Source: Phoronis australis (taxonomy: Eukaryota; Animalia; Phoronida). From it: a DNA stretch of 64,000 nt. The notes beneath the pieces are model-generated. The model ran no database searches, was not told the DNA's origin, and worked only from the letters and a program-made list of their open reading frames with translations. Where the stretch lies: positions 1-64,000 of the forward strand of contig NMRA01000047.1 in assembly GCA_002633005.1 (NCBI GenBank), written 5' to 3'. Below are positions 13,499 to 27,301 of this stretch, in pieces (position 1 is the stretch's first letter; every line of letters begins with the position of its first letter). Made by a program: the position numbers and the translations under genes.

Positions 13499-13939
13499 AT
13501 ACATGTATGCCCGCCGAGTAATGGAATTTTTATTGATATTTCAAGATAAAGAAACGGCTATGGTGTCACGTTCATTGGTGGATAAGGGGGGGGGGTAGCG
13601 AAAGGCCCTGAGGACTCACCCCGCGGGCGACTCAAAGTCGCCGCCAGCATATCGTTTCTGGGCGTTACGCTCCAATTATATAATTGAGACCACGTGGAAT
13701 GCACGAGGACTTTTGCCTTCGAAAATGTGCTGTTAGACCCTGTTTCTCCGACATCCAAGATTCGCCACTGCAGACTCTATGCAAATACCCACTCGTGAGT
13801 CAAAAAATATGCCTACATGTACATGTTTGTGAGTCAGGTTTTGCGAGTTCAATGCACTTTTAAAATTCAGCGCTCAAGACGATAAGATGGGCTTTTGGCA
13901 CCTACTTACCTCTAATTTTATCACTACAGCACTGTAGAA

Positions 13940-15409
13940 TTAAGGGGAATTTTATCTTGCGTTACCAACTCGGTAGTTACCATGAAAAATTTGCAACATT
14001 AAACTAAGTGTTCCTAGCTTGTTCAGGTTGTTGTTCGTTGAATAAGCACAATTTCAAGAAATAGAGCTTTGCCTGCTTTACAGAGCTTTAGGGAATTTTG
14101 AAAGATGGAGAAAGTGATTTAAAATTATTTGAAATCCTGAAGAAATTTAACTCTGTAGATTACGGAATAATGTAAAAAACTATTAACAAGTTTCCTATTC
14201 CGACTATTGACTCTTCGGACTATAGATCCTGTTGTTTTCGGACTATAGACCCTTTAGACTGTAGACAACATTTCATTTCTATTGACAGTTTTGATTTTTT
14301 TCAGATGAGAATGTTGTCAATCCATTCAGTTCAGTGACAATGACGCAGATGAAGGTAGAATTTGGTGCTTGTTTTCTCAGAGTAGGGAAGCATGCAACTT
14401 CACATGGGTGAATTAGGAAGGGGTGTGAGTTTCACATAAATGAAGTATTATGGGAAATATACATATACATTTTCGCAGATTCTACACATTTCTGCAAGGT
14501 TTTCGCAATTTTATTTTTTTAAACTCGTTAGTGCGAGGTCATAATTAATGGCTACTTTGATTTAATACTTTCATAAGGTAACTACAGAGGCTTTATGATT
14601 CTTATTCCGTTAACATATATCCTGTTTTTCAGACATACATCAACTAGCATTGTAAAACATTGCACATTTCGTTATTTGCAACAGTTTTCTTCCCAACATA
14701 TTTATTGTTTACTAGTTGAACCATTTAACGTTATTGTAGCAGAATAAAAACTTTCAAACTCATGTTAATGGAAATTTAGAAGACCCATTTAAACAAGCCT
14801 AACAAGGGAATGCAAATGTAAAGGTGCAGCATAGGTCACTGCATTTATAACTTGTTTCAGATGAAGAAGTGAGGGAGGCCGTTTTCGTCACAAGGTGTTC
14901 TCAGTTCTGCTAAAATAATCAAGAATTTTCTGATACATTGTCTGAAAGGTTTGTCATGTAATTAAAATTACTTGTTTTTCAAATTGTATCACACAATATC
15001 TTTATAAATTCAAAATTTATTTCTTGCTGATGTCAAGCATACGGTAATACCTTTTCAGCTATTGTTTCTTTTTTGTTTTGTGATGTTTTTACGAAATGTG
15101 ATGAGATGGGGTTGGTCGATCCTGTATTCCGGAGGACCTTTGATAGTTTCTAGTGCAAAGGAACTTCAGTTCGAAGGACCGTCAGTCTGAAAGTGATCTG
15201 GGTGATGACATTACAACAGAGTTTATACAAGACTGCTGTTTTAGTACATTTGAGCACAATTAAGAATTATTCTGCACGCAAATGATAACGACTTGGTTTT
15301 GAAAATGCAGGGCTCTTTCGGCATTTTTCTCTTTCCATCCTAGCCCTGCCACCCACCAACTGTGGTCATGGCAATATAGTTACCTGACAATTTTTCATGC
15401 TTGCTAATC
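13940..15409 (+). repeat. Copy 2 of the diverged ~1.45-kb direct duplication
   Basis: Colinear with 10059-11485. Confidence 0.9.
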
Positions 15410-17721
15410 AGGCTTATTGTTAAATGTAATGCTCAACGAACCAATCAGACCAATAGCTCTTCCGACCAAGGACACTTCAGAAAATCAAAAGGATCCCAAA
15501 CCCGGTTTTGACCTATCAACAAATACAAAAACGACACTTTACTATCCAGTTTTCTGGAACAAAATAACGGCCTGTAACTCTCGGCAACTCTGAAAAGTTC
15601 GGAAAATTTTAAAACTTTTGAAAGTCTGCTAAATGGCCAAGCGCGACCTTAGCTTTAGAGAATTACACGCAACTTTGGGAAAAGACTACCCACCAAGGAC
15701 CAAAAGGCGAGATAGGGGGTACGAGGTTTTAGTAAATTCCAGCACTTTCAAGATTGACGCCAATGATGCATGAGCAGATGACAGGAACAGGACTGGTTGA
15801 AATCCAAAAAACATTGTTTAGTGTCCTTTTTAACTGAAGTCAGATTTTCACAAACAAACAAAGCACAAATTTTTCGGGTTAACACTCTTTAGAATAAAAG
15901 TCCTTTGGTCTTGAGACCACAAACCTACAAAAAAGAAAGTAGTAATAAGAAAAATGCCCCTGAATTCACAAACCCATAAGGCCACTGCTCCTAAAATGTC
16001 TTTTCGACTAACTCCCCTTTGGACTATCGACCTGCAGGAATGCTAAAGGGGACACACACAGATTTGAACTACAAACAAATCACAAAAGTATTGCTATTAT
16101 TATAATTGTTAATGTCATATTTATTGTTTGTGTAAAAGATGTAGTATATTTTAGTAAGAATATAGGATCCATATCTTTGGTCCAGAGGTCCAGCGTTAGC
16201 CCCAATCCTTAGTGCGACAATAAAAATTGGTTGCTCTAATGTATAATCCTCATAGCTAAATTCATAATCCACTGGTGACAAATAGTTCACCATATAAACG
16301 AGACGCACGCGTTAAGTATAACTAAAGATTCCATACCTAAATATATACCTCACAGTAATGAAAGCTTTTGCAATGTGTGCAAAGATACCTGTCAAATGAT
16401 TGAAGCTCTACTCTTAGAAAATTGTGAAAAATGTAAAAAATCCTGAAACTATGTAGATACCTGTCCAGCCTAAGTTTAATAAAATATACAAAAAATGCCT
16501 GTAATTCTCTAAAATTAATTCTTAGACACTCTAACAAAAGCTGTTTAATGACAGCTTTCACAATGCAATTATTATGTAAAAGAGCATCCGGCTCAATCTT
16601 CAAACTTTTTTTATAGCAAAATGTATGTTTAAAAACTCCAATTATATTTTCAGGTGATGCACTGAATAAACGCCAACTAGAGTATTTAGTCTTCTAGGGT
16701 AAAGGAAAATTTCCCAAACTATGCAATGATGCTGAAAGTGATGACGACAATACTACAGTCTCCATGGAGATGGGAAAAGAGTCAGCGGGATCTGTTTGTG
16801 ATGCTCAAAGTGATGGTGGCAGGACATTTAATAAGGGCGTAGCAAAGTTAACAGGATCTGCCCTTGATAATGAGAGTGACAATCAATATCACAATTATGT
16901 TTTTTGTGTCATAAGCTATATAGCGTCGCCTTCATTCCCTGGGGTCTTCATCATTACCATCATCACTTCATCCACAGCCTTTCACAACCTGAGTTTTGTT
17001 AACACAGACAAATGGCATTGCAGTTTTTGCAGTTAAAACATCTTTAAAAATGACTGCTTTCAGTTATTGAGATTGGTAATCACTATGTGTAAGATATTTT
17101 GTATGAAGAAAGCAAACACGATTTAATCTAAAACTGTCAATTTTTCTTTAATTAAATTTTAGTCATAATTATTACTAAGATGGTCGGATTCTAAAATTGT
17201 GGTGACTGGAAGCCTGCTAAGATACGTGTGATGCACAGGATGAAACTGTTTGTACATGTTTATCACAAGCAATGTTTCTATGGATGTACATGTATCCTCT
17301 ATTTTTGGTGTCCATCATTTGATTTTAAAGATAATTTGAGTATTTATAGTTCACTACGTACCAGATCAATAAATGATTAAATTTTAATCTGCGAGAGTTT
17401 TTGTTGGCGAATTAAGAAAGAATGTCATTCACGATGGTGTCGATGTATTTGTAGAAGTGTATTTTTATCAACGGTATCAACATACACCGTAGAGCCTGGC
17501 AGAGATTGTGTCATCTGTTCACATTTCAGAATAATGAACAGATAAAAGCATAATACATTTCTAAGTTTGAAAGTGGTAAAATTTGTTGTGAACGCATGCA
17601 CGTTATTTCACTGGCCTTTGAAGGAGTGTATTTTTGGCACATAAAGACATTAACCGAATGTCACACATATATATAGTTACGGGGCTTGTAAATTAGGTGG
17701 ATTGTAAGAACAGTGGAAAAC

Positions 17722-17875
17722 CGGGATATATAATATACTGAGGCATATATCTAATGGGACATATATACTTGCGGGCTATATATTGTACTGGGGCATATAC
17801 CTAGTAAGGTATATATAATTACGGGATATATATTGTTCCGGGGCATATACCCAATGGTTGTGGGCTATATATTAT
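17722..17875. repeat. 50-bp minisatellite, about 3 copies
   Basis: cggg(a/c)tatata...ggggcatatac units start at 17722, 17772 and 17822. Confidence 0.75.
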
Positions 17876-17927
17876 ATATATACTCATTTTCCAACCGCTG
17901 CCCATAATAACGACATTTTTGCAAAGC

Positions 17928-18086
17928 CAGAGGCGGATCTAGAATAGCTTTAAAAGAGTGGTCGGATCAAGGATTTTTTAAAAGGGCGTCTAAGTCAAGA
18001 ATTTGAAAATTCTAGATTCGATATGATCACTAAAATCAAGGGAAAATAAGGGGCCGGACCCCTTGACCCCCCTGGATCCGTCTTTG
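17928..18086. mobile_element. Small MITE with hAT-like termini
   Basis: cagaggcggatctag ... ctggatccgtctttg imperfect TIRs with G/C-run subterminal motif; no clear TSD. Confidence 0.55.
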
Positions 18087-21000
18087 AAAGCAGATAATCA
18101 TCAGTCTACAGGCTGGGTCTCCACACAAGGCATTTGAAGGGATTGAATACAAAGGGGCATTACGCTAGTTTGTCATCCATTATTCTGAACAATGCCAAAA
18201 TTCTTTAGCGATTGAACAGTCCAAAAATAAAGTTAAAGCTCTTTTCTTCTTTTTGCTCACAGAAAAAGCACAAGGGTGATCGTTGAACATTAATTTTATA
18301 CAAATAAGAGTTTGTATATGATTAATGCTAAATTGAATCTACGTCATGACGGCGTTTTCCCATTGCTCCCAACTTGTTCTTTTCTATAGCCCAACAACAA
18401 GTTGGGAATATGACCCCTGTAGCCAATATCTTACACGACTGATTAACGCCTTTCTGGCATTTATGGTTGGAGGGCCAGCTCTCTTTTGTTCGATAATTGC
18501 TCTAATCACCGATTAGATCGTATCTAGTCTATTTGAGCTGTGCTGCTAACAATGAAAAATAAATTATAACATATTTGAACATAAACCAATAGCATTATTT
18601 TCTGAATTCCTCGTCAAATACTGATCATGCTTAGTTTTTCAATGACCAGAATCGCCCAACTACAACGGAAGATAAGACAATCTATTTTGTCCAAACGTAT
18701 TACCAACGCATTGTTGTTGATGAAAACCTCTATCCGGTGTTGAAAGTAGTTCAGCCACGTTTCAGTAACCCTTTGAAGCCTTTGAGATAGTTGGCCTGCA
18801 TATTGTCCTACGGGACAAAATACTGTAATGGGCAGTTATCAAAGGAGCTAGATGTTATCACACGCTCACAACCCCTCACATCTGGAAAAGTCACTGAACG
18901 GCAGAACGCCGTAATGTTCAACATCAGGGCCAAGTTGCATAAAAGTTATACGGCGTATAGCAACCATGACGTCGCATTATCACGCGTCACACTGTTATTG
19001 TTGAGCAATAAACCTGACGTCATGCAACAATCAAAGTTCTGTAGCCCAGGAGTATCACAGTAAACTTTAGTGACACATTATATGTTGTGGAGAAGCAAGT
19101 TTACTTCTTGTTCCCATTTCTATTCGGCAAAGGGCTTGACATGTAATTTGTGAATGAATATTTCATAAATTGTACCCATCCCTTTATGTTTAGAAGAGAT
19201 GCGAAAAAATATCCTGGAAACCCCTATATGACTGCAATACTCGCTGTTTCTCAGACGTTACTAAGATATTTTATTTTGTTTTATGCTTTTGTAAATTATT
19301 ATCTTGTTAATGTGTTCTCTTTATTACCGTATGATTTTAGTTTTGTTTTTTGTTTTCTTTACTTTTCGTGTTTTTGTTCAATGTGTTTCATTTAAGTAAG
19401 TCATTCTTTTATAATTTAAAGTCTGGATACAATGGTTCGCTTTCTGGGCTAAATACTTTGTTGTATTTTAATGTATTGTCATTTATTTGTGTAGCAACTA
19501 AATGTCAGGATTAAAATACGGAACTTCGAATTATGCAGAAATTAGCGGGGAGGGAATTCATAAAAATTGTGCGCTTTGTGACAAGTTTTTGCAAATTAGT
19601 ACAATGTTAGAAATAGGTAAAACATGGATGAAAGTGAATTTGCGCAAAAAATCGTTATATTAATAAGAACGACACAACTTCAATTAATAATTTAAATATC
19701 ATATGATTTGGAGCTTGCTATAGTCTGATATAGTGTACCTCGCTACATGCTGTGCATGATCTTATCGACAAGTCTGTATTCAGCCAAATATCAAAACTGT
19801 CGATTTCCACTCAATAAAAGTATATATTTTCTGAAAGGAAAAAGCCGCCTGCCGGATTTTGATATCCAGCTCAATACCAAACTCATTAAATGAATCACGT
19901 GACCATGTCTTTTCAGTAACATCTAGCAAAAATGGTCATTCAAAGCGAATCAACGGTAACAATAACACGAGCAGATCTCTTTTAATATAAATGTTCAAAG
20001 TGAAATCTCTAAAATCCTGTCGCAGTTTTCTGAATTACGATTTCGTTTTTGTTTAAATCAACTTTTAAGATTTACACAAAAATGCTAAATTCCTATCATG
20101 CAAAAGTGGAACACTTGAACAGCAATTTGAACAACACCTCCTAACAGCATCTTGGGGAAAAGTACTAAAAGCTTCACATGAGACCATTTTTGAATTGAAA
20201 TTAACCAAATTTGGACATTTTCCAAGAGTGCTACATCACCTTAACATTTAACCGTAAAAGATCATGTGCGCGTAAGTTGTCACTCAGATAACCAGCCGCT
20301 TTTAAAACGGTCCAGAGAACGTTTGTAACTCATTGTTGGAGTTAGTGACTCAAACAAATAGATACGCACCTAACTTTCGTCCCTGTTCACAAAGTTTGCT
20401 ATAAGCATTATACGTGGATGTTGAAACAAGGACTGTGCAAACTGAATTTAAATAAGACAAACGAACACTCAGTTTCAGATTCTGTAATCCTCTTGGTAAC
20501 TCGACTTCTCAGCACAAATCACAATATACAGCATGAACAATGCGCCATGCATGAGTGAAACACGAGTGGCTTCACTTGAAAAGCTTGGCGTGGACCAGCC
20601 TGATCATCATGGTCCCTGTCTATCTTCATGCATTTTTGCCGCATAACAATGATAATTTTACCAGTGAAAATGTTTCATTTTGGCTCACGTGGGTACCATC
20701 CTGTTATAACTCACATATCAAAGGTCGACGAGTGCACACAATGTGGCACTCTAGCTTGCGCCAGAGTGCACCCCGAAACAAATCCCAAAACCAGGTTGGT
20801 CTGAAATTTCCATACCTATAGCGATTTTCAAAAAGCTTATGGTTTTAAAGGAGAGGTGTTCCTCTCGGCCAAGTAAGGAGAAATACGCGAATGTTTTTAA
20901 CTTTTTTATTTTTTAGAAGGAACGTGCTATTTTTAGCACTGATTGGAAACACAGGATTCTAGACTCGCGAAAAAGATGAAGATTTACGAGATTGTTTTTA

Positions 21001-24000
21001 AGTAAATATAAGTTTAAACTAATTTATTGTACGTTAACTCTAATACAGCTCCACTATGGCATTTGGGGTTTTAACTAGTGCAACAGAAACAATGATACAG
21101 AAACACGCACTTCGTCACATGAATCACAACAAACTTCATGCTCACACAAAAACCCTTATGCTTGTCGAAATGCAATGCCAAGTCCGCTTTAAAATGACTT
21201 AAAAAACTTTTAATGGGACCGCACAGCTTTCCTTCTATCACCGCTTCCCATATTAAAAACATTTTTGACAACAATAAGTAAAGAACAGTTTGTTTCAAAA
21301 CCCTTGCACATTTCAGCTAGTATATCGCAACAACTCCACACTTGAGGCTGTCTGCACTGCAATCCACAAACTTGTCTGAGGTACTTTATTATAAAGTTAA
21401 CTGAAACAGTTAAGAAATTAATTAATTAACCATCAATCTTTCTACAAAAACTAAAAACCCGCGCACTGCAGAGACATAGTATGCAAAACACAAAACTAAT
21501 AATCCTGCTAGTGACGTCATTACAGTCGCTTACTGCTTTTGCCATCTGTTTGCTTTTTTCAGAATTTCATGTTTCAGAATTAGCTGAACTTTTTTTCTTA
21601 CAAAGGTGGCTTTCATACAAACGGCCCCAAAACCTTTGTCCATATTTTGTATTTTTCTGTTGTTATGAAAGAAAACGTATCAAATATATATTAGTCTCCT
21701 AGCCATTGTTGCGCAATCAAGATGGTTAAATGAGAGGAAATTGCTTATTAAACTATCTGCCGTTCTGTTTTTCTGTAACTGCGCAATAATGTCGACCAAA
21801 TTATCTAGGGCAAAGCATGGGTATTGTATAAAATTAAGAAACATTCTTTACAATGTCTCAGCAGAAACGATGTACACTTACTTGGAGCTGTTTCGGCGTC
21901 AGTTGGACACAGAGTGGCATTATTGACTGATTTTAATTCTACTTGCATCATGGCGGCATGAAAGCATTCTACGGTGACTGTAAAAGGCCAACACTTTTTT
22001 CTCCAGAGCTGTCGCAATCACCAATAACTTTATCAATAGAAATAGTAAGTCAATCGGTGGAGATAATTAACCCAATCTGTGGAGTCCTTTTACAGATACT
22101 ATAGCATTTACACCTATGATGGCGTTATGATGCCCACGCCAGGAAACTAACATGAGGAATCCTTAAGTAAACTAGGGGTCCCGTAATCCCACTTAGCGCG
22201 TCCATTGTTTATGTACATACTGGCTTAGGTTTTAGGTGAAGAACGACGACATAGGTTTGGATGTAATCCTTGTACAGGTAACATGTCTCGCCAGGCTATC
22301 AATATTCCCACACCGCTTCAGCCTAGAACGTCTGATTAGAAGACAGACCAGACGCAAGGAATAACAAAGACGTGGACCGCCCGTATTAAAGCAACCGTCG
22401 CAAAATGGCCCGCCATGATTTGCTGTAACGGAAGGTCGACAAAGAATTGCTGCGGCCTGACTTGCTACAATTTTACAATAAAATCTGGTTGCTGCAACAA
22501 TTAAATTGGACCCAATTAACGTCAATGACATGAGTTCAAGGGCTTTTGCGGCTACAGCCAGCTCTCGGGTTACTCCCAAGCTAGTCCATACGGGGTGTAC
22601 TGGTATGACCTCATTGCCCAGGTGGTACTCCCAAATTTGCTCAAGCGGTACGACCAAGGCCAATTTGGAGGGTACTCGCGAGGCCAAAGCGGGGGGGAGT
22701 ATTCCTACAGTCAGCTCAGGGGTTTAGAGCGTTTCGAGAGTTACTCTCACAGCTGCAGCTAGCTCGAGGTGCGTTTCCAAAGCTAGTCCAGATGCTATTC
22801 CTAAGGAGTGTGAGAGCTACCCCAAATCAAGCTCGAGTGGGTACTCCTATATTAGGGATAGTCCAGCTTGGATAAATATAATACTTTACGTTTGTGTTTC
22901 GATTGCTTATTTGTAATGAATAGACCACTGTCAGTACGCTTAAACAGCATCTTCTATAATTTGCTCTTTTCTCATCTGATCAATATCTTGATAAACTTGT
23001 TGCTGCAATATTTAATCATCCAAACGATCGGTATGCAACATATCGGGCGATATTGCCTCGAGCGTATCACATAAAGATCTGGCTGCTGATGTCGGTTGTA
23101 TGAATTTGCGGCAGAAAAACTGATTCTACGCGAATTTTATATTTTAGGACCTCGCGTTGTTGATCATACCTGTCACTGATTTTACAAATTGTATGGATCT
23201 TCGAACTGCATAGTCTACAGATGACACCACGCTTATCAACGGTAATCATAACCGTATTACAAGCCAGGTCAAATGTAGACACGAGACTTGCTCTCTGCAA
23301 AATGAGCAATTTCCTAAACATAAATAAATCCAAATATACAGTTTTCACGGGTTTGAGATGATGAGAAAGAACACACCAAGGCCCGGAACTGAACTCGAAA
23401 ATATTTCTAGCATTTTTAGTCTACTTTTGTGCTCAAGTTTAGTTTCTATTATTCTATGCTCAAGTACATAATGGCTTGACTGAACAACTGTCTAATCATT
23501 GCTTTGCACTAACTAAAGATTAAAAGTTCGAGTCTAAACTCGTGATTGCACTACATGTAGCTGACTTCCTTCGCGACAGTTTTTCACCTGCGAAAACCAC
23601 TCATATTGACAGAATAGACACCTTCATACCAATAATTAACACCGCAATAGATATCACATTCTCGCTTTGTTTTGCGTGTTCATACGACTCAAATAACTAC
23701 AAAAAATCAACAACGAAAATAAAATCACGGTTAAACAGAGCCAGGCGTTAAATAAAAAAGGGCCCAAATATCAACTAAAGTCAAGTTGCAACATTTCAAA
23801 AGCGTAATAAGTCACCGCAACCCTTATGCACAGTGTTCAACAAGTGTTTGTCCTAGGCTTAACTCCACTAATGATAGAATAAAATCTTTTTCATGTTGCT
23901 CTAGCGTAATAACTATATGTCACATAAAACATTTGGAAATTGAGATTTTTTACGAACTTTTGGCTTAATATGAAATTTTTGCTAGTATGATCAACAGATT

Positions 24001-26131
24001 AAAGTTACAATTTTCCGACTGTGTTTCCAAAAAAACCCAAAAACACTGTTATTTTGTCCACATGTTTTAATCACTCAGCAAACAGGAGCCAGAAGCCGGT
24101 GACAAGACGACATTCCCAAAACAGATGGAGAAAAGTTTCATTGTGTTCACCACAGAAAGAGCATAAATCACTTGTTTTTTATTTTAATTTGATGCAAATA
24201 ATTATTGGTTGGCAACGCAATTTTGTATCTTTTGTACAAATGACGGGGAGTTTATTTACTTTTCTCCACCATGTATCAGGGTCACTAGAATTTACAATAT
24301 TTATAACAATGCTTATATCTATCTCAGATGGCTACTTGTTTTTATATTTAAAAGCTGTCTGAAGTGACTGTACTATGGTGTTATAAATATAAAATCTTGA
24401 GAGCAATACAAGTACGCACCTCGCCCAGAACTCCCTGGGTGTCACTCATACTGACAAGGTGGCCGCAGGCGTGTACTGAAAATTGATAATATTGCTGAGA
24501 GACCACATATTGCGGGTGCCAGGTATGCTAATCTCCAGCCCCTTTTTCAGGGTAGATTTTTGCCTCACTCCCACGAAATGAAAATTTAGAGGCCTATTGG
24601 ACCCTGCGCGGGTCTCGCAAAACTTTCTGAAAAAGTACGGCCTACCCGCAATTTTTGGTACTCTCCTGCGGGCACCGTGTCAATAGTCTCGTTACACTTC
24701 AAAAGTTGACACGGATCAGCTGACACGGAACGAGTTGCTCCAGTGTGTAAACGGGACTGACACGGAGCAAATTGACACCGCGGTGACAAAGTTTGCCACT
24801 CGTTTTTGAGGTAGAGCAATTTGCGCCAGAACATTTTGCTCCGTGTCAATTATATGTCTAAACGCGTAACTGGGGCAAGGTGGAAAGGATCATCTCTACT
24901 ACGCTTGTAAACCTGCGCATGTGCGATCCAGTCTCTCCAGGCTGCAATTTCCGTCGTGGATCAGTTAGTGAGTTATGTGAGTAAACGGACGCTTGACACC
25001 GATCAGTTTGCTTCGTGTCAGTTGCCCCGGGCCAAAAGTTTATGTCTAAATGGGACTATTATGAGTGACGCCCTCTGGCCAGAACTACGTTTGCACCGGC
25101 CGCATTAAACGCTTGAGCAAATTCATGCGCAAAATTCGCTTCCCTACGCAAACCAACGGTACAAGGTTTGACAATGTATACTGGTATGGCTTCGAAAGTC
25201 TCAATTTGATATGAAATATGCATCATTTAGAGCTGCCATTGCAATTTATAAAAGTATTACTGTACGTCTTTCTTTTGTCAAAAATTAGATAAGTTTGTTT
25301 CCTACGAAGGCGCATACAAATCGTTAGTTTACGCCTCAGTGACGATGCGTTAACTTCCCCTCCTGACGAAAGGGTAATTCAGAGCCAAAAGTTTCACTCA
25401 AAACTCGTTATACAAATGCCCACCAATTAGAAAAAGAGAAACTTGTAATGTATCCAGAAAGTTTACCCACTTCAAAAACAGCAAAGTTAGCCGATTGTTT
25501 ACATTGCGATGGATCAAAAGAAACTCAAGTGATAGTGTTGCCATTTCAAAACAGTTTCAAACTAAAAAAATGGAGACGAACCGTCACCGTTTCGCCACAT
25601 AGGCTTACGTTCAACTGCTGTCTACGTAGTCTCCACATGGCATCGTTTGCTGTAATCTTTCTCTCTCAGAGTATATCTATGGTGTAGAAGTCTTGGATAG
25701 TCGTTACAAAGAGATTACATTCTGTTATATGTTATGTGTTAATCACCGACAGTTCCGGAAACTCCGTACTTGCTCGAACGCTGTATGCTTAAGCTAAGAG
25801 CTACACCGAAGTTATTGGTAACTTGTCTCAATGTTTCACCTGCCTCTAATTGGCCAACGGCGTGTTTAAAACTGACACTACGAGTCTATTATTAATTTCT
25901 CATGTACCATGTAATTTGATGTTGAGGCTCATACACAATATCACGCTGGTTCCCTAAGTGCCGAGCCAACACGCAGGCATCACGCAGTAGCACGCGCTTT
26001 AGCATTGGTTGGTTGATGTAACCAAGGAGTGTAGTAGTATAGGAGAGTTCACTTGTGAGTTCGCTGTTGCCGCTACTACTAGCGCTCTCAAGTGGTGAAC
26101 AAGCAACGGTCGACCAGGAAGCGCCAAAACA

Positions 26132-26229
26132 ATGGGGAAGGACGCATTTTGCAGCGCGATAAATTGCATGAATTCATCCACGAAAACCCCAGACGTGTCA
26201 TTTTTTAGGTTTCCTAAGGATCCAGAAAG
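26132..26229 (+). pseudogene. THAP zinc finger exon 1 of the P-type element
   Basis: MGKDAFCSAINCMNSSTKTPDVSFFRFPKDPE(R) followed by donor AG|gtaagg; CxxxxC...FFRFP THAP signature. Confidence 0.88.
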
Positions 26230-26881
26230 GTAAGGATTATCTGTTATTCAATAATATGATACATTGTCTTTCATTTTGTGTGTTCTGTTCAGTGGCGGTG
26301 TCGTGTCCAATAATGCATCTTGTCCAATACTGCATCCAGGATGTGGTTTGCGCATGCGTTCGTTTTCATTTCTCTCTGGCTTCCGGTTCTGCGCAATTTT
26401 GCATCCAAGTAGTCCGCTGGTTATTTGACTTATTATAAAAGCATCATTTGTGCAGCTTATGTTGTTTATTTTGGAAAAAAGAGATAATAAAAAGGGAAAT
26501 GTAACTGATGTGTGTGAGTATCATTCAAAGAGTTTTGAGCTTGAATTATTTCTAAATGTACAAATGTAGGAGATTTTGTTGGCTGGCACTGGCGGGGAAG
26601 CCTATGTGAGCTCGTCCTCGGGTTCTGCTCGTCACTAAAAGACTCTAATACACTATATACTGCAAGGTATGACATTCGGGACTACGAATTCCACGGGTAC
26701 TTCACTTCAACCGTGATCTTAGACCCTGACCACCGTCTCTAGCTGACAAGCGACGGTGTACCTCCTGAGAGTTATAGGACAGAATTTTGGCAAACTATGC
26801 CTGACACTGACTAAAGGCAAAGCATCAAAATGACGTTGTTGTAAATACCTTTCCAGGTTTTTGGGCATAGTGGGACACCTT

Positions 26882-27301
26882 AGCCACTTTCAGGTGCTTT
26901 ATCAGATGGGTGGACGCAATATTGTGCAATAACACACCTGTCTTCCATAGCCACTTCTGACTGCTTTATTCGATAGGTGGATGCACTATTGTGCAATAAC
27001 ACCTCTGTCCAATAATGCATCCACAGCCACTTCCGGCTGCTTTATGCGATAGATGGATGCACTATTGTGCAATAACACACCTGTCCAATAATGCATCCAC
27101 AGCCACTTCCGGCTGCTTTATCAGATGGACGGATGCACTATTGTGCAATACCATCTCTGTCCAATAGTGCATCCACAGCCACTTCTGACTGCTTTATCAG
27201 ATGGATGGATGCACTATTGTGCAATAACACCTCTGTCCAATAGTGCATCCACGGCCACTTCTGATTGCTTTATTCGATAGGTGGATGCACTATTGTGCAA
27301 T
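26882..27301. repeat. 76-bp minisatellite, at least 5.5 copies, cut by the N at 27302
   Basis: (a/g)gccactt at 26882, 26949, 27025, 27101, 27177, 27253; the unit contains tgtccaataatgcatcc. Confidence 0.92.

Noticed and set aside
11486-13770. Complete hAT element starting cagtgccgtagg
   Set aside because: Left terminus visible, but no matching right end with the expected 8-bp TSD was found.
23067-23348. zf-AD-like gene (ICRLC motif)
   Set aside because: Only one CxxC pair, stops nearby and no boundaries; too weak to call.
24586-25060. Harbinger-like MITE with repeated tgacacgg words
   Set aside because: The repeated motifs are real but I could not pair the termini or find a TSD.
26882-27301. 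CRISPR-like array
   Set aside because: Units are contiguous near-identical 76-mers with no unique spacers, there are no cas genes, and the context is eukaryotic.
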